Shown piece after piece: positions 46,902-57,253 of a stretch of 64,000 nucleotides of DNA. This DNA comes from a virus, in the IMG/VR virus record IMGVR_UViG_3300037805_000525, positions 45,094 to 109,093 of that record; one strand, 5' to 3'. Under the pieces are notes generated by a model. That model saw only the letters and a list, made by a program, of their open reading frames with translations, was not told the DNA's origin and did not search any database. The position numbers were made by a program, and so were the translations under genes. Within the stretch, counting starts at the first letter, position 1. The number at the start of each line of letters is the position of its first letter.

Positions 46902-47591
46902 TCACCTAGCGGAGTTGAGCAGTGCATCTACGTGGTACTGGAACCCATCGCGCACCTGCTCGTAGTAGCCCTCCGCGTTGTGTTCTACCGTAACCGCGTA
47001 GTGCACCGGAACGATAACTTCCACCTTGTTGAACTCCTCATTGGGCGAAGCCGGTAGAAGCCCGCGGAACGCTGATGGAGCGGTGAGCTGCATGCGTTGG
47101 GTGATTAGCTCCGCGTTTCGGGAGGCGATCTGAATGTCTGCGCGCATCGCCAGCAGGCTGTTGAGTACGTGCATCCCAATCTTCGCGCACTCGTCGGAGT
47201 TTCGGGAGGTCACGCGGAACACCAGTGACAGCGCCATACGGTCCAGCATAAGCATGGTGCCGTCCTGGCTACCAAACGAGTACTTCGCGATCTGCGAGGT
47301 GCTTAGCCCCATCATCGTCGCAGCACTCCGCATGACCGTGATGCGCGGAAGCGTACGCCCGAGCTCTTCGTCGTATTCGGCCCCCTGCCCCCCGATTAGG
47401 ATCTCGCTCTCGTCGGTTTTGATGTTCCACTGGAAGCTTCCGGAGGGGCGGAAGGCGAACACGGCACGGGCCCACAAGATGCAGATGTCGACGAAGTTAT
47501 CCAGCACGTTCGCGTTATCGAGATCGCTGGGTAACCCGTGGTTCGGTGTAGCGCGTCCTGTGTCAGGCTTGCCTGGTACGATCTCGGTCAC
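46902..47591 (-). CDS. Putative tail completion/terminator protein
   Basis: 229 aa; LPRITV.R motif; immediately upstream of the sheath gene. Confidence 0.55.
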   Translation of the reverse strand: MTEIVPGKPDTGRATPNHGLPSDLDNANVLDNFVDICILWARAVFAFRPSGSFQWNIKTDESEILIGGQGAEYDEELGRTLPRITVMRSAATMMGLSTSQIAKYSFGSQDGTMLMLDRMALSLVFRVTSRNSDECAKIGMHVLNSLLAMRADIQIASRNAELITQRMQLTAPSAFRGLLPASPNEEFNKVEVIVPVHYAVTVEHNAEGYYEQVRDGFQYHVDALLNSAR

Positions 47592-48472
47592 GTGGACCCC
47601 CTACGCGTGAATGCCGCGGCCAGCGTGTCCGTGTAGTTTGTTGTGCCCAGATCCTGCGGGGAAGTCATGGCACGCACAGGCGTCCCAAACCAGTCGTCCG
47701 CGTCCACGTTGATAGGCACCTTGTACTCGATGTTACTTGTGTCCAACTGGACCACGGTAACCTCCTGGCGAACAACGAACCTGCCGAGCGCCGGGCGGTT
47801 TTGGTTGCCACCTACGAGCCAACGCTTGTTCTCCGCCTCGACCACCAGGTCCCCGTCCCGAAGTAGCGGGAAGTGCCCGAACTTCATCATCGACTGCCGG
47901 ATGGGGATTTTACCTTCAGGCTGTGTCAGCGAAACGGCGCGTGGTTCTTCAATCTGTGCGTAGACGACGACTGGGCGGTAGAACCCCAGCGCGTATCCGG
48001 TGTTGAAGCAGGATACGCAGTTCGACTTCGTACGCTTCATACGTAGCGTGTTGAAGCACTCCATGCATCGGGCACCGGAATGTCTGCGCTGGAACAGCAG
48101 GACCCGCCGCCCCTTGTACTCCCGCAGCACGACCTGCTCGGTGCGCGCGATCTCCAACGCGGGTAGTGTCGCTTCGGCCTCCAGCGAGGCCCCATTATCA
48201 CAGTGTGATAATTCGCTGAGCCCGTTCCCTCGGATCTCAATCCGGTAGAAGTAGTCGCGGTGCGTGCCGTAGCGCCCCACGCTTGTGTCGAGGAAGGTGT
48301 TCATGGAGCTCTGCAGCGGCCCGGCGATTTCGACGTAATCACTGTGCGGGTTCCGCGAGCGGAGCACATAGAACTGGAAGTCGTCGACACCGGGGTTGTA
48401 GTCGCGCAGCTCCCAACTTATGTGTAGCGACCGAACAGACATCGATCGCACGAGTACCTTTGAGAACTCCAT
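47588..48472 (-). CDS. Putative neck/head-closure protein with Fn3-like N-terminus and Zn finger
   Basis: LHISW...FYVLRS...YFYRI; CMEC...CVSCFNTG; PLLRDGDLVVE. Confidence 0.65.
   Translation of the reverse strand: MEFSKVLVRSMSVRSLHISWELRDYNPGVDDFQFYVLRSRNPHSDYVEIAGPLQSSMNTFLDTSVGRYGTHRDYFYRIEIRGNGLSELSHCDNGASLEAEATLPALEIARTEQVVLREYKGRRVLLFQRRHSGARCMECFNTLRMKRTKSNCVSCFNTGYALGFYRPVVVYAQIEEPRAVSLTQPEGKIPIRQSMMKFGHFPLLRDGDLVVEAENKRWLVGGNQNRPALGRFVVRQEVTVVQLDTSNIEYKVPINVDADDWFGTPVRAMTSPQDLGTTNYTDTLAAAFTRRGST
48196..48210. promoter_or_regulatory. Palindromic site 11 (intragenic)
   Basis: Perfect ATTATCACAGTGTGATAAT inside the neck gene. Confidence 0.85.
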
Positions 48473-48483
48473 GAACCGACCCC

Positions 48484-49110
48484 CTATCCCTCGTTCTCGG
48501 CGAACTCGGCGAACTCATCGCGCTTGCGACGTGTAAGCATTCGAGCGATGGCCGCGGCACCGAGACCGCCGCCAAGCAGTGCCAGCAGCTTGCGCGAACG
48601 AACTGCCGACCGACGCGCCTGGTGCGCGGCTATCTCCGCCTTGACCTGCGGGATGTACTTGTGGAGCGGACCCTTACTGAGGACACGGTCGGTGCGGCCG
48701 CCCTCTGGGAACATTCCGATGATCCCTCGCTTCTTGTCCTCCATCTGCGCGAGCTCAGCAAGCACGCGAGGTGTCGCGTACGGAGACATGCCACGTAGGG
48801 CGCGGGCACTACTCGCGCCGGGGCGCGCGAACGCGGTCGCGTCGTCAACGGCGTTACGGAGCCACTTGTCAGGCCGCGGTATCTGCGCACCGAGCGGGAT
48901 GTTGTGCCCAGGCAGCCACTCCGCACGCTTAATCGTTACAGACCCCCCCGCACTGACCAGGGTCTTGCTCGGGTTAGCTGGTGGCGGAGGTAGCGCCTGA
49001 CCGTCGATCCCCTTCGGGGTCATCTGCTCACGAAGCTCTCGCGGGATGTTCTTCAGCGTGGTGACAGGCTTGTTCGGTGGTGGCTTTGGCAGCTTAGCGT
49101 TTGCGCTCAC
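48484..49110 (-). CDS. Basic Pro/Arg-rich protein with C-terminal Gly-rich hydrophobic helix
   Basis: 208 aa; LLALLGGGLGAAAIA. Confidence 0.6.
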   Translation of the reverse strand: MSANAKLPKPPPNKPVTTLKNIPRELREQMTPKGIDGQALPPPPANPSKTLVSAGGSVTIKRAEWLPGHNIPLGAQIPRPDKWLRNAVDDATAFARPGASSARALRGMSPYATPRVLAELAQMEDKKRGIIGMFPEGGRTDRVLSKGPLHKYIPQVKAEIAAHQARRSAVRSRKLLALLGGGLGAAAIARMLTRRKRDEFAEFAENEG

Positions 49111-49489
49111 AGACCTGCTCCCCTACGGACATGTGCGTCACGATGGTGGTCGTGGCACCAATGGAGTTGTCGTTGCCTGCGATGGTGAGTACCAGGCGCG
49201 TACCGTGGCACGGGCGGTCGTACTCGTAGTACCCAGCCCCCGTGACCGCCGCCAACGCCGCCCAGCCAGCAGGCGTCACGTCGTGAAGAATTGACGGGTC
49301 GGCTGCGTTCCGCGCAGAGAGCGTGGGCGTGACCGCGGCTTTCGCACCCACGATGCAGATGATGCAGCGCTCGCTCACGCCCGACATCTTTAGGTCGAGG
49401 ACCAGATCGGCCGCTACGCCCGGATTATCGAGCTCGTACGTGTTCCTATGGTCGATGCCTTGCATTAGCCGTCCAATCCGTCGATCCAA
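49094..49489 (-). CDS. Small beta-rich putative virion protein
   Basis: 131-aa ORF in the neck operon. Confidence 0.55.
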   Translation of the reverse strand: MDRRIGRLMQGIDHRNTYELDNPGVAADLVLDLKMSGVSERCIICIVGAKAAVTPTLSARNAADPSILHDVTPAGWAALAAVTGAGYYEYDRPCHGTRLVLTIAGNDNSIGATTTIVTHMSVGEQVCERKR

Positions 49490-50004
49490 GAGTTTTCGTT
49501 GATGAGTGCGTAGTCCGACCCGACGCCGGATCCGGTCATTGCGCCGCGTAGGTTCTCGGACAGCTTCTGCGTACGCATCTGCTGCTTGAACTCCGCGATC
49601 ATGCGCGTGAACGCGCCCTGAAGCTGCTTCCGGTCACTCACCGATACGGACACCTGCCCGTCGGTGTACCGGAGCTCGTTGCGCTCTGCGAGGAACCACA
49701 GCGACTGGAGGAGGTACCCCAGCGCGCCGTCGATCAGCAGACCTTTGTATGGGAAGTTGCTAACGGTGTACACCCCCACCGGGGGTAGTGCGTCGTTCCA
49801 CGCGGAGACTGTACGGAGCAGCGCAAGTCCGATGGACTTATCGCTGTGCTCCACTCCGGCGGTGAGGCGGTTGAGCTGTGAGTAGTCGCGTAAGACCATC
49901 CGGACTGAGTTGATCAGTCCGCGCACCACGGTAGGCGTTGCCGGGATGCCCGCAGCAACCTGTGCGTCGATATCTGACGGGACGTCTGCGGGCAGGTCGG
50001 CCAT
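49465..50004 (-). CDS. Head-tail adaptor (neck) protein
   Basis: VRMVLRDY..LNRL, WN..LPP and RNELRYTDG motifs; two genes after the capsid gene. Confidence 0.65.
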   Translation of the reverse strand: MADLPADVPSDIDAQVAAGIPATPTVVRGLINSVRMVLRDYSQLNRLTAGVEHSDKSIGLALLRTVSAWNDALPPVGVYTVSNFPYKGLLIDGALGYLLQSLWFLAERNELRYTDGQVSVSVSDRKQLQGAFTRMIAEFKQQMRTQKLSENLRGAMTGSGVGSDYALINENSWIDGLDG

Positions 50005-50014
50005 TGGATCGCTC

Positions 50015-50605
50015 CTACGACTTCTTCAAGAGTGTCTTGCGCGGTGCACGACTGCGCGGGCCGCGGGGTTTGCGCGGGGCCTTCTTGGGTTCGGGCTCCG
50101 GCTCCGGTTCGGGCTCCGGCTCCGGTTCGGGCTCCGGCTCCGGTTCGGGCTCGGGCTCGGGCTCCGGCTCGGGCTCCGGCTCGGGCTCCGGCTCGGGCTC
50201 CGGCTCGGGCTCCGGTTCGGGCTCCGGCTCCGGTTCGGGCTCGACCTCGGGCTCCGGCTCGGGCTCGACCTCGGGCTCCGGCTCGACCTCGGGCTCCGGC
50301 TCGACAAACACCTCGCCACGTAAGGCGGCTTGGTACTTCGCCCACTCGGCCGGGTCGCTACCCGGTAGCGGACGAACGAAGATGACGCGTACGTCGTTCT
50401 GGAGGCGGACCAGCTCGGGCATGTTGGCGAACACGACATCCGCGGATACGGGCGTACCTGCGCGTAGCGGGCGCAGGCTCAGCGTGCTGCTGACGTGTAC
50501 TCGAGCACGCGACAAGATACGGGTGCGCTCGGTCTGGTGCGTGCGTACACGCCATGTGCTGCGCATCGCGCGCGGCACGCAGTTACCAGAGTGGATGAGA
50601 AACAT
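50015..50605 (-). CDS. Protein with long (Glu-Pro)n spacer and basic tail
   Basis: GGAGG SD; about 70 aa of EP repeats; follows the capsid gene. Confidence 0.75.
   Translation of the reverse strand: MFLIHSGNCVPRAMRSTWRVRTHQTERTRILSRARVHVSSTLSLRPLRAGTPVSADVVFANMPELVRLQNDVRVIFVRPLPGSDPAEWAKYQAALRGEVFVEPEPEVEPEPEVEPEPEPEVEPEPEPEPEPEPEPEPEPEPEPEPEPEPEPEPEPEPEPEPEPEPEPEPEPEPKKAPRKPRGPRSRAPRKTLLKKS
50087..50303. repeat. 6-bp-period tandem repeat (GGCTCC/GGCTCG/GGTTCG) encoding (EP)n
   Basis: Directly visible; variation falls at third codon positions of the minus-strand EP frame. Confidence 0.95.
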
Positions 50606-50626
50606 GTGGCCTCCAGAGGTGGTGAT

Positions 50627-50662
50627 AAAAAAATACCCGGGCGCCTCGTGGCAACCCGGGTA
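50627..50662 (-). terminator. Intrinsic terminator after the major capsid gene
   Basis: TACCCGGG...CCCGGGTA stem with A7 on the plus strand. Confidence 0.8.
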
Positions 50663-50711
50663 CTTAGCTAGCGACTCGCCATGGGCTAATCCTAGCAGGC
50701 GTGGGCCAAGA

Positions 50712-51914
50712 TCAGAAGTCGGTCACGGTGCCGACGGTGCCGCCCTTGCTGATCAGGTTGTTGAGCGCGCCGAACTCGCTCTCGGCCAACGGGGCGAACC
50801 GCGCCTGCATGGCGGTGTTCGCGCCGCCGGCGACTGTCTCAGCGCTGCCCGCGTAGAGCTCGAGCTTGCGCACGCCGGCGATGTTGCCGATGTACGTGGC
50901 GATGATCTTGTTGGCCTCGAAGGTGAAGCGGTCCAGCTCCTTGTCCACGTAGGACTTGAGCGGACGCAGCGTGGCGCAGCCACCAACAAACGAGCGATCG
51001 GCGAATGCGAAGATGTTGCCGGGACGAAGCACGCCAGTGTTCGTGGTCGTGGCGTACTTGATGCCTTGCACGGTCGAGTACTTGTACCCCTTGACCGTGG
51101 TCTCCTTGGCGATCTCATCACCGACTTCACTGGTGGACCAGTTGTTCATGTCGAGGATGTCGGTCGCCGAGATGCCGATCACCTTGCACTTGAGGTGGCT
51201 CTTGCGAGGACCGCCGGTGCCCGGGAACAGCTTGAGCAGCTTGGTGATGTCGTCCTTCTGCAGCGGGAAGAGTTGGTCGTCGACCACGCCTGCGGCAGCG
51301 CCCGCGGCGCCCGCGCCAGCTGTCAGCGCGTCAGTGCCCTTGACCTTGCCGATCTCAGGTACGCCGGCGGCCACGTTGAACGCGGTGAACGCGGTGTTCA
51401 CCGTGAGCGCAGTGCTGTACGCAATGCCCTGCTCTTCCTTCTGGTTGATGATGGTCGCGCCTTCGCACAGGACCACCTGGCGGCGGTCGTAGACCTCCAT
51501 CATGGCGTCGAGGGCCCGCTCACGGACCATTTTTTCCATGTCGTAGCGGTACGCCATCATGTCCAGTTCGGACTGCTGCAGGCGCTCGGTCTGCAGCTTG
51601 TAGAACGGGGTGAGGAACCGAGGGCTCGTGTAGTAGCGAACCTGGGGCTCGCCGCGGAACGACGCCGACATCGCGCGGGCCTCAGGACCACTCTCGACCA
51701 TGTAGGCGAGGGTGTCGTGCTCGGTGGAGCGCTGAATCTCGGGGTCCTTCTCACTGACCTTCTGCTCGGGCCAGATCTTCGCGAAGAGGCTGTCGCTCTT
51801 CTCTCGGTCGCGGATGAACGCCGTCATCTTGCTCGCGACCTTGGTCTTGCCGTCGGTCGTGCCGAGGAGATCCAAAAGCTCGTTGAAGTGCGCGGCGGTG
51901 AAGGATGTACTCAT
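50712..51914 (-). CDS. Major capsid protein
   Basis: 400 aa; strong codon bias; follows protease/scaffold/decoration genes; own terminator; FIRD..K..S...KI.P pattern. Confidence 0.8.
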   Translation of the reverse strand: MSTSFTAAHFNELLDLLGTTDGKTKVASKMTAFIRDREKSDSLFAKIWPEQKVSEKDPEIQRSTEHDTLAYMVESGPEARAMSASFRGEPQVRYYTSPRFLTPFYKLQTERLQQSELDMMAYRYDMEKMVRERALDAMMEVYDRRQVVLCEGATIINQKEEQGIAYSTALTVNTAFTAFNVAAGVPEIGKVKGTDALTAGAGAAGAAAGVVDDQLFPLQKDDITKLLKLFPGTGGPRKSHLKCKVIGISATDILDMNNWSTSEVGDEIAKETTVKGYKYSTVQGIKYATTTNTGVLRPGNIFAFADRSFVGGCATLRPLKSYVDKELDRFTFEANKIIATYIGNIAGVRKLELYAGSAETVAGGANTAMQARFAPLAESEFGALNNLISKGGTVGTVTDF

Positions 51915-51981
51915 GTCACTTACCTCTTGTCTCTGTTTTAGTTACCAGGTCCGTAGTGTGCCGATGTCTGCCCAGCCTAGG

Positions 51982-52575
51982 CTATGCGCCAACGAGCAGC
52001 GTGCGCGCGTGCGCGTACAGACGAATCTTGATTGTGTCGTCGTTCGCAGGGACCGCCGACTTGCTCGGCGTCTCGATGACCTCGCCGAACACGAAGACGG
52101 TGTCGGTCGCGGTGATCGCAGCGAGCGCGGTGTTGACGGGGCAGGCGACGATGCGCTTGTTCGCATCTTCCACGAACGTGATGGGGGTACCCGCGGCGAA
52201 CTGGGTGTCCAGGTTCACGGCGCTCTCGGCCAAGAACATGCCGAGCTCGATCTCCATGTCTTCGCGGCACATGAGGTACGCGACGCGCTCCTGGTTGTTT
52301 GCCTGGCGGTCGGTGCGCTTGTGGGAGCCCCAGATCATCTTGCAGCGGTTGGCCAGCGCGAACTGGGCCTGCGTGAAGGCGACGCCGGCGGCAACTTTGT
52401 AGGCGAAGGGGGTCGGGCTGCTGGCGACAGCGCCGTCAACGATGATGACCTCGCCGTCGTAGGGCACCTGCAGGATGGCGGAGCAGTCGGCGTCGCGCGT
52501 GATGTCACGACGAACGATGTCGGCGATGGGAAAGACGTGGCGGAGCTTCGAGCTGACGAAAAGTGTATCGGCCAT
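51982..52575 (-). CDS. Capsid decoration/cement protein
   Basis: 197 aa, beta-rich, immediately upstream of the capsid gene. Confidence 0.55.
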   Translation of the reverse strand: MADTLFVSSKLRHVFPIADIVRRDITRDADCSAILQVPYDGEVIIVDGAVASSPTPFAYKVAAGVAFTQAQFALANRCKMIWGSHKRTDRQANNQERVAYLMCREDMEIELGMFLAESAVNLDTQFAAGTPITFVEDANKRIVACPVNTALAAITATDTVFVFGEVIETPSKSAVPANDDTIKIRLYAHARTLLVGA

Positions 52576-52616
52576 GATTTGGTCCTCTTGAGTCAGTTAC
52601 GCAGCGGCTGAGAAGT

Positions 52617-52991
52617 TCAGCCGCCGTAGATCGCTTCGTTGAAAGATGCGGGCGTGTACTCCGCGTCGGCCTGCTTGACACTACTGAGTGACATGCCTGA
52701 GCCGTTGGGCTGAATGATCGCGAGCGCGCTCAACTTACCCTCGAGCTCCTCGATGCTGTTGTGCTCGCGCACGACAGAGGCGAGCTTCTCCTGGGCGGTA
52801 CCGTTGCCGCAGTAGCCCTTCTCGTCCATCACGCCGGTGACTTCGATTGCCTTGCGCAAAAACTCGAGCTCGGCAGTCACCTGCGCAGTCTTTGTTGCGT
52901 AGGCATCGCGCTCGGCCACGAGTGCTCGCAGCGTCGCGGGCACTGCTGCCAACACCTTTGTGGCGCGGTCGTCCATATCAGGCCTCCTCAT
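52617..52991 (-). CDS. Scaffold-like coiled-coil protein
   Basis: 124 aa (likely start at MDDR); TKTA, EKLAS and KQA motifs. Confidence 0.6.
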   Translation of the reverse strand: MRRPDMDDRATKVLAAVPATLRALVAERDAYATKTAQVTAELEFLRKAIEVTGVMDEKGYCGNGTAQEKLASVVREHNSIEELEGKLSALAIIQPNGSGMSLSSVKQADAEYTPASFNEAIYGG

Positions 52992-53472
52992 TGGCAGCGG
53001 CGTTGCGCAGGTCAGCGATCAAGTCATCGCTCGGAGCGCCGAGTGCTGCGTCGACTTCAGAATCCAGGTCGTAGCTGTCGTCGATCTCTGCAGGGGCCGC
53101 CTTGGCGGCGCCCAGCAGCTCAGCGTGCAGCGAGCTGGCGAACTTCTCAGCGGGCGCCGAGTGCGCGACAGCACCGTCCATGATGGCGGAGAGCGCATCT
53201 TCCGGGTCCAGCAGCGCGCCAGAGTCGCGCAACGCACGCTCGGTCAGCTGGTCCAGGGTGTCTGTGTGTGCTGAGGCGACCTTGGTGGGCGCGTACCCTA
53301 GGCCGTCGTCGTTGATCTGCTCTACCGCGTTCGCGAGCTTCTCAACAAACTCCGCGTCAGTGAGTGCGAGCTCAGCGAACTCAGCGAACTCATCCCCCGC
53401 TGACGCGTTCTTCTCCATGAGCTGGAGCAGCTCATCAGCTGGGCTGTTTGTGGGCATATCCGGCATATCCAC
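52978..53472 (-). CDS. Acidic scaffold/core-like protein
   Basis: 164 aa; EKNAS, EKLAN, TKVAS, EKFAS. Confidence 0.65.
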   Translation of the reverse strand: MDMPDMPTNSPADELLQLMEKNASAGDEFAEFAELALTDAEFVEKLANAVEQINDDGLGYAPTKVASAHTDTLDQLTERALRDSGALLDPEDALSAIMDGAVAHSAPAEKFASSLHAELLGAAKAAPAEIDDSYDLDSEVDAALGAPSDDLIADLRNAAANEEA

Positions 53473-53539
53473 CTCGTTGCTTGCCTTCTGTAATCAAGTC
53501 TATGCGTGCGCGCGTACAGAGCAAAGCGAAACCGCGCAT

Positions 53540-53580
53540 AAAAAAAGAGCCGCGCACCCTGTGTAGGTACCCGGCTCTTT
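53540..53580 (-). terminator. Intrinsic terminator
   Basis: AAAGAGCCG...CGGCTCTTT stem with A-run on the plus strand. Confidence 0.7.
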
Positions 53581-53601
53581 CTACCCGCAGCCGAGAAGCG
53601 G

Positions 53602-54297
53602 CTACTGCTGCGCGTGCATGGCCTGTGCTTCGAGCGCGTCGTAGAACTCACCGAGGCCAGCGCCCATCTGATCGATCTGATCCTGCGACCAGCCGGCGCT
53701 TGCGAGCTTCATGGGGACGTAGGCGCCCAGCGCCTCCATGACGTCGTCGCCGAGGTTGAGGTCAATGACCGAGTAGCGGTCTTCGATGCCCGCGATCTTC
53801 TCGGGCTCCACCACGCCAGCGAACACCAGCACGTCGTTGGTGTAGTCCTCTGCGAGCTTGTGGAACTCAGCCTCGGTGATCTCGTTGAGGGCGACGGGCG
53901 CCTCCTCAATCTCCTCAGCGGCGGCCAGCTTCTCGAGCTGGTCGAAGAAGGCGTTGGCCTGGTGCTCGCCGACCAGGCGGCCATACTCGGCGGCCTCTGC
54001 GGCGGCAGTCTTCGTGAGGGTGGACTCGTAGAGTCCGGCGTCGGCGGGCGAAGCAACCTTGCTGGTTGTCTGCATTTCGGCTCCTGGGTCGCCCACCTGC
54101 GTGGACTCGTTGATGATCGAAACGATCGTGGGGACGTCTACGGACTTGTAGAGGTCGATCTGCTTTGCGCTGGCCTGCTTTTCCATGCGCTCCAGCGCCG
54201 GCTCGTGCTCCATGCCGACCTGTGCGAGGACCTCGTCACGTGCGGTGGGCTCGGAACCGAGTTCATTGAGCAGGTCTTGCAGCGAAGATTCGGACAT
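53602..54297 (-). CDS. Acidic prohead scaffold/core protein with seven KxA motifs
   Basis: 231 aa; EKQAS, SKVAS, TKTAA, EKLAA, HKLAE, EKIAG, MKLAS; directly after the protease gene. Confidence 0.7.
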   Translation of the reverse strand: MSESSLQDLLNELGSEPTARDEVLAQVGMEHEPALERMEKQASAKQIDLYKSVDVPTIVSIINESTQVGDPGAEMQTTSKVASPADAGLYESTLTKTAAAEAAEYGRLVGEHQANAFFDQLEKLAAAEEIEEAPVALNEITEAEFHKLAEDYTNDVLVFAGVVEPEKIAGIEDRYSVIDLNLGDDVMEALGAYVPMKLASAGWSQDQIDQMGAGLGEFYDALEAQAMHAQQ

Positions 54298-54319
54298 GGT
54301 TCGGGCTCCTCAATCAAAT

Positions 54320-54334
54320 TATCACAGTGTGATA
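54320..54334. promoter_or_regulatory. Palindromic site 12
   Basis: Perfect TATCACAGTGTGATA upstream of the scaffold gene. Confidence 0.85.
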
Positions 54335-54380
54335 CTGGCACCTCCAACTCTACCGAGTCTCGGGCGGCCCTCCAAGCGCA

Positions 54381-55955
54381 CTATACAAGGTGCGGCAACT
54401 TTTTGTTAATCAGCTTAGCCAACTCGACCATTCCCGTGGCTGCCGTGGCAGCAAGGATTGGGTGAGACTCTACAAGGTTCTCCACCGTACCCTTTTGCTG
54501 CGGGGCCTTGCGGGACGTATACGCCGAGTACAGGTACGCGAGCGGGAGTGCGATCGCGAAGTTCTTACTCGCGGCACCAGCGAGCTTCTCGAGGTCTGCC
54601 GAGCCGTCGTCATCTAGCGCGTCCGCAGGTAAGAAGCACTCACTGTAGTTGAGCAGGTCCTCTCTGTACGCGTCGTACGCGGCACCGATCTTGAGCATGC
54701 GCGGCGACGGGGGGCCCTGCGAGATTGTGATGTGTACGCTAACCGGCGGAGGCCCCGAACGAAGAGACCGGCCGGCAAACATACGAAGCAGCGCCCCCTG
54801 CAGCGACGCACCGCCTATCGCGCTGCCGTGGTCGGCGCGTAGTCCGCGCGTAACGCCTCGGTCCTCGGCGGGCAACCTGAAGCGTACGGCACTAGCAATG
54901 GGGCGTCCGGACGGGACAACCTGATCGCCTCGGAAGATGCCGCGCGCACGTGATGCCTGCCCCAGGGAGTGCATCAGCCCCGCGCCAAACTCTTGTGGGG
55001 ACAGCACGGCGCCCATACCTGTCAGGCTGCGTAGCACGGTGCCGAAGTTCCGACCCCGCGGGAACATCCCACGAAGCGACTCCTCTGGGATGCCTTTACG
55101 GCACGACTCCAGCGCAGGACCCAACTTGGAGGCCATAGCCGGGATACGCTTTACGAGTTCGGCCGTCTTGTCGTCCGCGACCTTCTCAGGTTGTGCATCC
55201 AGGAAGGTCTCTTCGGCGGATAGTGCGGGAAGCTCAGACGCGGCAGATGCAATCTTGAGCATCGTGTACCCAACCGCATCCGCGTTAACAACGACGAAAC
55301 TGATGTCGAAGAACACTGGGCGCGGGTTGTTGACGCACACCTGCTGCCCATCGTCCAGTATGCGATTCCGGCGCTGCTTCATGTGACTGCAGTAGTCGAA
55401 CGCCGTACGTGCTTTGTTCCCACACCCACGAATTCGGCAAACGTCGAACGGCACACGACAGCCCATGCTTACGGGGACCGCGACGCCGCGGTCTAGCCGT
55501 TCGTACAGATCGCCATGGCCGAACTCGATGCAACGCTTCTGGTCGACGCAGAGGATGAGCTCCACGCGGCGCATCAGCTGGTTGTACACCGCGTACACGA
55601 CGGAGCCGAACGACTTGGTGCGGTCCTTATTCCGGTGGTTGCGAAACACCCCCGCGGTGAGGAACGTACGGTGCCCCCAACGCGTAGTGCCGTCCACAGG
55701 ATTCAGCTGACTCTCCTGGAAGAAGTCGGCGTTGACGTTCGGGCCGTAGTAGTCGCCCGCGCCGAGGGCGTTGACCAGGACGTACAGGCAGTTTGGTTTC
55801 GGCGCGAGCGAGTCCACGAACGAACGAACACGCGGATCGTTTGTACTCGCCTTAAACGCCAGTTTTGTTCGGCCCTCGACAGACGAACCCGCCACAACGC
55901 GCATCGTGGCTTCGCCGTGCGGTGTCTCCTCTGGCAGGGCTGTGTACTTGTACAT
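54381..55955 (-). CDS. Prohead maturation serine protease with Zn-finger insertion
   Basis: N.N.D.F, FRNH (His), VSMGC (Ser), C...C...C.H and FFDISFV..AD motifs of herpes/HK97-fold prohead proteases. Confidence 0.8.
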   Translation of the reverse strand: MYKYTALPEETPHGEATMRVVAGSSVEGRTKLAFKASTNDPRVRSFVDSLAPKPNCLYVLVNALGAGDYYGPNVNADFFQESQLNPVDGTTRWGHRTFLTAGVFRNHRNKDRTKSFGSVVYAVYNQLMRRVELILCVDQKRCIEFGHGDLYERLDRGVAVPVSMGCRVPFDVCRIRGCGNKARTAFDYCSHMKQRRNRILDDGQQVCVNNPRPVFFDISFVVVNADAVGYTMLKIASAASELPALSAEETFLDAQPEKVADDKTAELVKRIPAMASKLGPALESCRKGIPEESLRGMFPRGRNFGTVLRSLTGMGAVLSPQEFGAGLMHSLGQASRARGIFRGDQVVPSGRPIASAVRFRLPAEDRGVTRGLRADHGSAIGGASLQGALLRMFAGRSLRSGPPPVSVHITISQGPPSPRMLKIGAAYDAYREDLLNYSECFLPADALDDDGSADLEKLAGAASKNFAIALPLAYLYSAYTSRKAPQQKGTVENLVESHPILAATAATGMVELAKLINKKLPHLV

Positions 55956-55959
55956 GCGG

Positions 55960-56658
55960 TTACCCCGCGAACCGTGTCGCGTCTTCGAAGGCGCGGACCA
56001 TAGGTGTGCTGCTGCCCGACGCCGAAAGGCTTCGGCTGGTGTCCGCGAGAGTCTTCAGGTCGCCTGGCTGGATGCCCTCATCTTTGTACATGAGGTACTT
56101 CTTCGCCCAGGAGCGTGCCACGAGAGGATCGCTCGCAGAGCGCGGGCTGAACTTCTGCAACGTCCGCATGGCCCGGCGCACGTCAGTCTTGTTTTCGGCC
56201 GCCATGTCCGGGAACTCGGCATACATATTGTTGATGTTCTTCTCAAGCGCCGCAGGACCACGCCGCTTCTTGTCGTAGTAGCGCTCAGCCGCCTCAGAAC
56301 CGGCCGCGAGCCCTGCGGCGGCGCCGCCGAACACAAGCGCCTTCGGCAACATACCGCCGCGACCGAACACCTGCCTGGCGAGGGAGGGGCGCGTAAACTT
56401 AGCGATCAGCCCTTTCCCGCCCTCTGACGCAACGCTCTTGGCAAACGTGGAGCCGATGTCCTTGCCGAGCGATCCGAGGAACCCGGGCTTCGGCTCAACC
56501 AGCCCAGCGGCGCGCTCGGCGATCAGAGTGAGGCGCTTCTTGTTTGCCGCGGCGGTGGCCTCTGCGATCGCGTCGGACGCTGTGCCCGCGATCTTCGTGC
56601 CCGTGCCGTGTGCGGCTTCGCGGAGGCTATCTAGGAAGTCTGTGTGCTGCATTACCAC
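55960..56658 (-). CDS. Putative head protein with TKIAG leader and Gly-rich hydrophobic segment
   Basis: 232 aa; P..ASDPLVA.SW motif; head operon. Confidence 0.6.
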   Translation of the reverse strand: MVMQHTDFLDSLREAAHGTGTKIAGTASDAIAEATAAANKKRLTLIAERAAGLVEPKPGFLGSLGKDIGSTFAKSVASEGGKGLIAKFTRPSLARQVFGRGGMLPKALVFGGAAAGLAAGSEAAERYYDKKRRGPAALEKNINNMYAEFPDMAAENKTDVRRAMRTLQKFSPRSASDPLVARSWAKKYLMYKDEGIQPGDLKTLADTSRSLSASGSSTPMVRAFEDATRFAG

Positions 56659-57239
56659 TTGCTCCGTGCAAAGGGGTTAACCGACGGCGCTTCGCCTGCA
56701 CCAAAGCGTGCTGCGACGTAGGGGTCGGTTTCGATTCGTGGGCGCATATCTGCGGTGGCTGCACCGCCGTACGCGCGAGCGCGTGGGTTGGTCAGCAACT
56801 GGTGGCCAACGAGCAGCCCGCCTGCCGCAATAAACGGGTGCCGCTTCGCCATGCCTAGCGCACCGCCGTGCTCGTACTTCTTCTTGAAGTACATGTCTCG
56901 GCCGCCGATACGGGCCTTGTACGCCTTACCCGCGAGCTCGCCTGACTGTAGCTTGGCAAACTCCGCGCGCGTGATGGCCTCAACATTCCCGCCGTGGCGG
57001 CCGCGCGGAACTGCGGAGAGCCTGCGCCCACGCATCGGACCAAACCTGGCTTTCGACCCGAGTATGGAGGCCAGTATGGCGTCCTTGGTGACGTTGATCG
57101 GAACACGCGATGCGCGACCGACCATGCGTGCTGGCATGTCTGACGCGGCATTGAGCGCGCGCTCGATCCCCTCCGGAATTCTCCGAGACATGATCTTGTC
57201 CCGGATGGACTTCCCCAGCAGGTATGCAGGCGGCTTCAT
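56652..57239 (-). CDS. Basic putative head protein
   Basis: 195 aa, Arg-rich; HPFIAAGGLLVG; AGGAG SD. Confidence 0.6.
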   Translation of the reverse strand: MKPPAYLLGKSIRDKIMSRRIPEGIERALNAASDMPARMVGRASRVPINVTKDAILASILGSKARFGPMRGRRLSAVPRGRHGGNVEAITRAEFAKLQSGELAGKAYKARIGGRDMYFKKKYEHGGALGMAKRHPFIAAGGLLVGHQLLTNPRARAYGGAATADMRPRIETDPYVAARFGAGEAPSVNPFARSKW

Positions 57240-57253
57240 CTAGTACTCCTGCG

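Noticed and set aside
49938-51941. 667-aa plus-strand ORF with (GS)n repeat
   Set aside because: Shadow of the capsid gene and the (EP)n gene; the minus-strand frames have SDs, a terminator and operon context
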